Positions 62,534 through 64,000 of a stretch of DNA of 64,000 nt are shown in pieces (within the stretch, counting starts at the first letter, position 1; every line of letters starts with the position of its first letter). Both the position numbers and the translations under genes were made by a program. The DNA lies in assembly GCA_902802565.1 (NCBI GenBank), contig CADCMP010000001.1, forward strand, positions 711-64,710. Reading direction: 5' to 3'. Source of the stretch: Oscillospiraceae bacterium. Lineage in GTDB: Bacteria > Bacillota > Clostridia > Oscillospirales > Oscillospiraceae. The notes under the pieces were generated by a model that ran no database searches, was not told the DNA's origin, and saw only the letters and a program-made list of their open reading frames with translations.

Positions 62534-63433
62534 TCAGAATACGTCCTCGTTGACTTCCTCCGGCGGCGTCTCCAGCGTCGTGGGATCGGCCACGGCGGTC
62601 TTGAAGAACTTCACTGCGGAGGCCATGTAATGGCCGTCGCAGATGCGCTCGTCCAGCGTCAGGTTGAAGTCCAGATACTTGCGCTGCTCCACCGTGCCGG
62701 TGCGCGTCACCTCGTAGGCCTTCCGTTTGGCGCCGAAGGCCAGGAACACGGGGACGTTGCCGAAGTTGTAGATGTGGTGGAACACGGGACGGATGCCCAG
62801 GGAGCCCAGGTCGGTGATGACCATGGATCCGTGGAAGGGACTGACTTCCATCCATTCCTTCTTCAGCCAGCCGAAATAGTCCATGATCTTCAGCAGGCCG
62901 ATGATCATGCGGAAGACGGGACGGGGCAGTTTCTTCATGGCGTTGGCAAAGGCCTCGGTGCCGTTGTCGTCCGTATGGCCCTTCACTTCCGACAGGGCGT
63001 CGTTCATCTTGTGGTAGACGTCATACACGGTGTCGGAGGGATTGAAGTGCAGCTTGATGGTGGTCTCCGGAGCACCCAGCTCCATGGTCTTCTTCACCGT
63101 CATGACCACTTCGATGTCGTTTCTGGCATAGTAGTGGCGGCCGGAGATGAACCGGTTCATGGCGGGGTACTTGGCCACGGCGCGGATATAGGCGGCGATG
63201 AGCACATGAAGGAAGCCCATGCCCTTGTATCCGTTGACACGCTGCTTGCGCAGCCAGCGGTCCGCCTCCGTGATCTCCACGTTTTCCGAGAAGAAGTTCA
63301 GGGCATCGTTGCGCTGCGCCATCACGTAGGGGATGAACAGTTCAAACCCGGACAGGGAGCGGAGCAGACGTCCGTCGCTGCGGTCGCCGGTCCTGCGGCG
63401 GTAGTGTTTGTATGAGGTCTTCGGCATAATCAT
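62534..63433 (-). CDS. Stand-alone 2-oxoacid dehydrogenase E2-like / CAT-fold acyltransferase domain protein
   Basis: 299 aa. C-terminal LTLDERICDGHY aligns with the E2 catalytic DHRxxDG region. No lipoyl or E1/E3-binding domains. Confidence 0.7.
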   Translation of the reverse strand: MIMPKTSYKHYRRRTGDRSDGRLLRSLSGFELFIPYVMAQRNDALNFFSENVEITEADRWLRKQRVNGYKGMGFLHVLIAAYIRAVAKYPAMNRFISGRHYYARNDIEVVMTVKKTMELGAPETTIKLHFNPSDTVYDVYHKMNDALSEVKGHTDDNGTEAFANAMKKLPRPVFRMIIGLLKIMDYFGWLKKEWMEVSPFHGSMVITDLGSLGIRPVFHHIYNFGNVPVFLAFGAKRKAYEVTRTGTVEQRKYLDFNLTLDERICDGHYMASAVKFFKTAVADPTTLETPPEEVNEDVF

Positions 63434-63883
63434 TCTCCTATATGGACTGCTTAAACAGTTTCAAATATTTTAAGTAATTGCCCATAATTATAGTACGCGG
63501 GGGAGGAAAAGGCAAGCCGCGAAGGCCCCGCAGACGCCGGGAAGAGGAAAAAACGGCAAAAGAAACAAAATATGTTGTTATGTAAAACGATCCTTTTGTC
63601 TAGATTGAATTGCCCGCCGGGAATGGCATTTTTACACAGTTTCGGGCCGCCTGTTTTGGTGGGAATCACGGAAAAAAAGGAGGGGAAAAGAGGCATTTTT
63701 CGTTATTAAATTATTAACGATTTCTTTGGTGTATTTGCTCAAACTTTATCAATGAAAAGTGATCTGATTTAGTTGATTTTGGGTATGCTCTTTTGTTATA
63801 TTTAATTTAATGTAAAATGAATTCCTTGCGTTTTCATTAAATTTATTTTTGCAGAAGTTTGATTTACGGGGGGAGGTGTGTCA

Positions 63884-64000
63884 ATGTCATTTGAGGCGAT
63901 ATCGACGATTACTAAGGCAGAAGAGAATGCTAAGGTTTCCATTGAGAAAGCAGAAGCTAAGGCCAGAGAACTGATCGCAGAGGCTGAAAAGGAAGGGAAG
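63884..64000 (+). CDS. Partial 5' end of a small charged coiled-coil protein, possibly a V-type ATPase G/H-like subunit
   Basis: GGGAGGTG 5 nt upstream of the ATG. MSFEAISTITKAEENAKVSIEKAEAKARELIAEAEKEGK resembles V/A-ATPase peripheral stalk subunits. Truncated by the window edge. Confidence 0.4.
   Translation, partial: MSFEAISTITKAEENAKVSIEKAEAKARELIAEAEKEGK

Noticed and set aside
1-64000. Searched the window for CRISPR repeats, IS or transposase genes, integrases, phage modules, retron or DGR reverse transcriptases, toxin-antitoxin pairs, and rRNA or tRNA genes.
   Set aside because: No regularly spaced direct repeats were seen, no recombinase, transposase or reverse-transcriptase motifs appear in any frame, and no rRNA-like or tRNA-like sequences were found. 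The many perfect inverted repeats are all distinct sequences at gene ends, so they are terminators and not a dispersed repeat family.

Overview
This is a 64-kb chromosomal segment from a Gram-positive anaerobe, probably a Clostridia-type Firmicute. The signs are SLH-domain wall proteins, a class B sortase, a T-box leader, an EtfAB-linked lactate dehydrogenase cluster, AGGAGG ribosome-binding sites and many extended -10 promoters. I call about 58 protein-coding genes plus many clear Rho-independent terminators. I found no rRNA, tRNA, CRISPR array, transposase, integrase or prophage genes.

Gene content is mostly housekeeping and envelope functions:
- **Envelope:** membrane-tethered ECF sigma fusion, lipoprotein, sortase B, a Wzz/CpsB/BY-kinase module, two SGNH-SLH esterase paralogues, MurT-GatD.
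- **Lactate utilisation:** LctP, an Ldh_2-family enzyme, a GlcD-like dehydrogenase, EtfBA.
- **Amino-acid metabolism:** proB, proA, ilvA, a Trp T-box in front of TrpB2, a class I aminotransferase.
- **DNA repair and nucleotide metabolism:** LigA-like ligase, MutY, PunA, a GMP synthase that has only the ATP-pyrophosphatase domain.
- **Transporters:** MATE, AEC, SulP, SNF.

No large novel multi-gene system is evident. The items most worth a second look are:
1. An SOS-like module: an HTH_3-S24 repressor with two ACAAC-N4-GTTGT sites, divergent from an unannotated 40-codon membrane sORF that overlaps a 132-aa unknown gene.
2. The LigA paralogue next to it, which appears to lack several canonical nucleotidyltransferase residues.
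3. Two unclassified structured leader or sRNA candidates that end in perfect terminators (8060-8252 and 32870-33088).
4. A TATCGAAC operator array beside a TetR gene.
5. A bacterial GuaA gene without a glutamine amidotransferase domain.
6. Several unusual domain fusions.

The very long antisense ORFs in the track are codon-aligned shadows of real genes and are rejected. All coordinates and start-codon choices were worked out by hand from the sequence. No database search was run.
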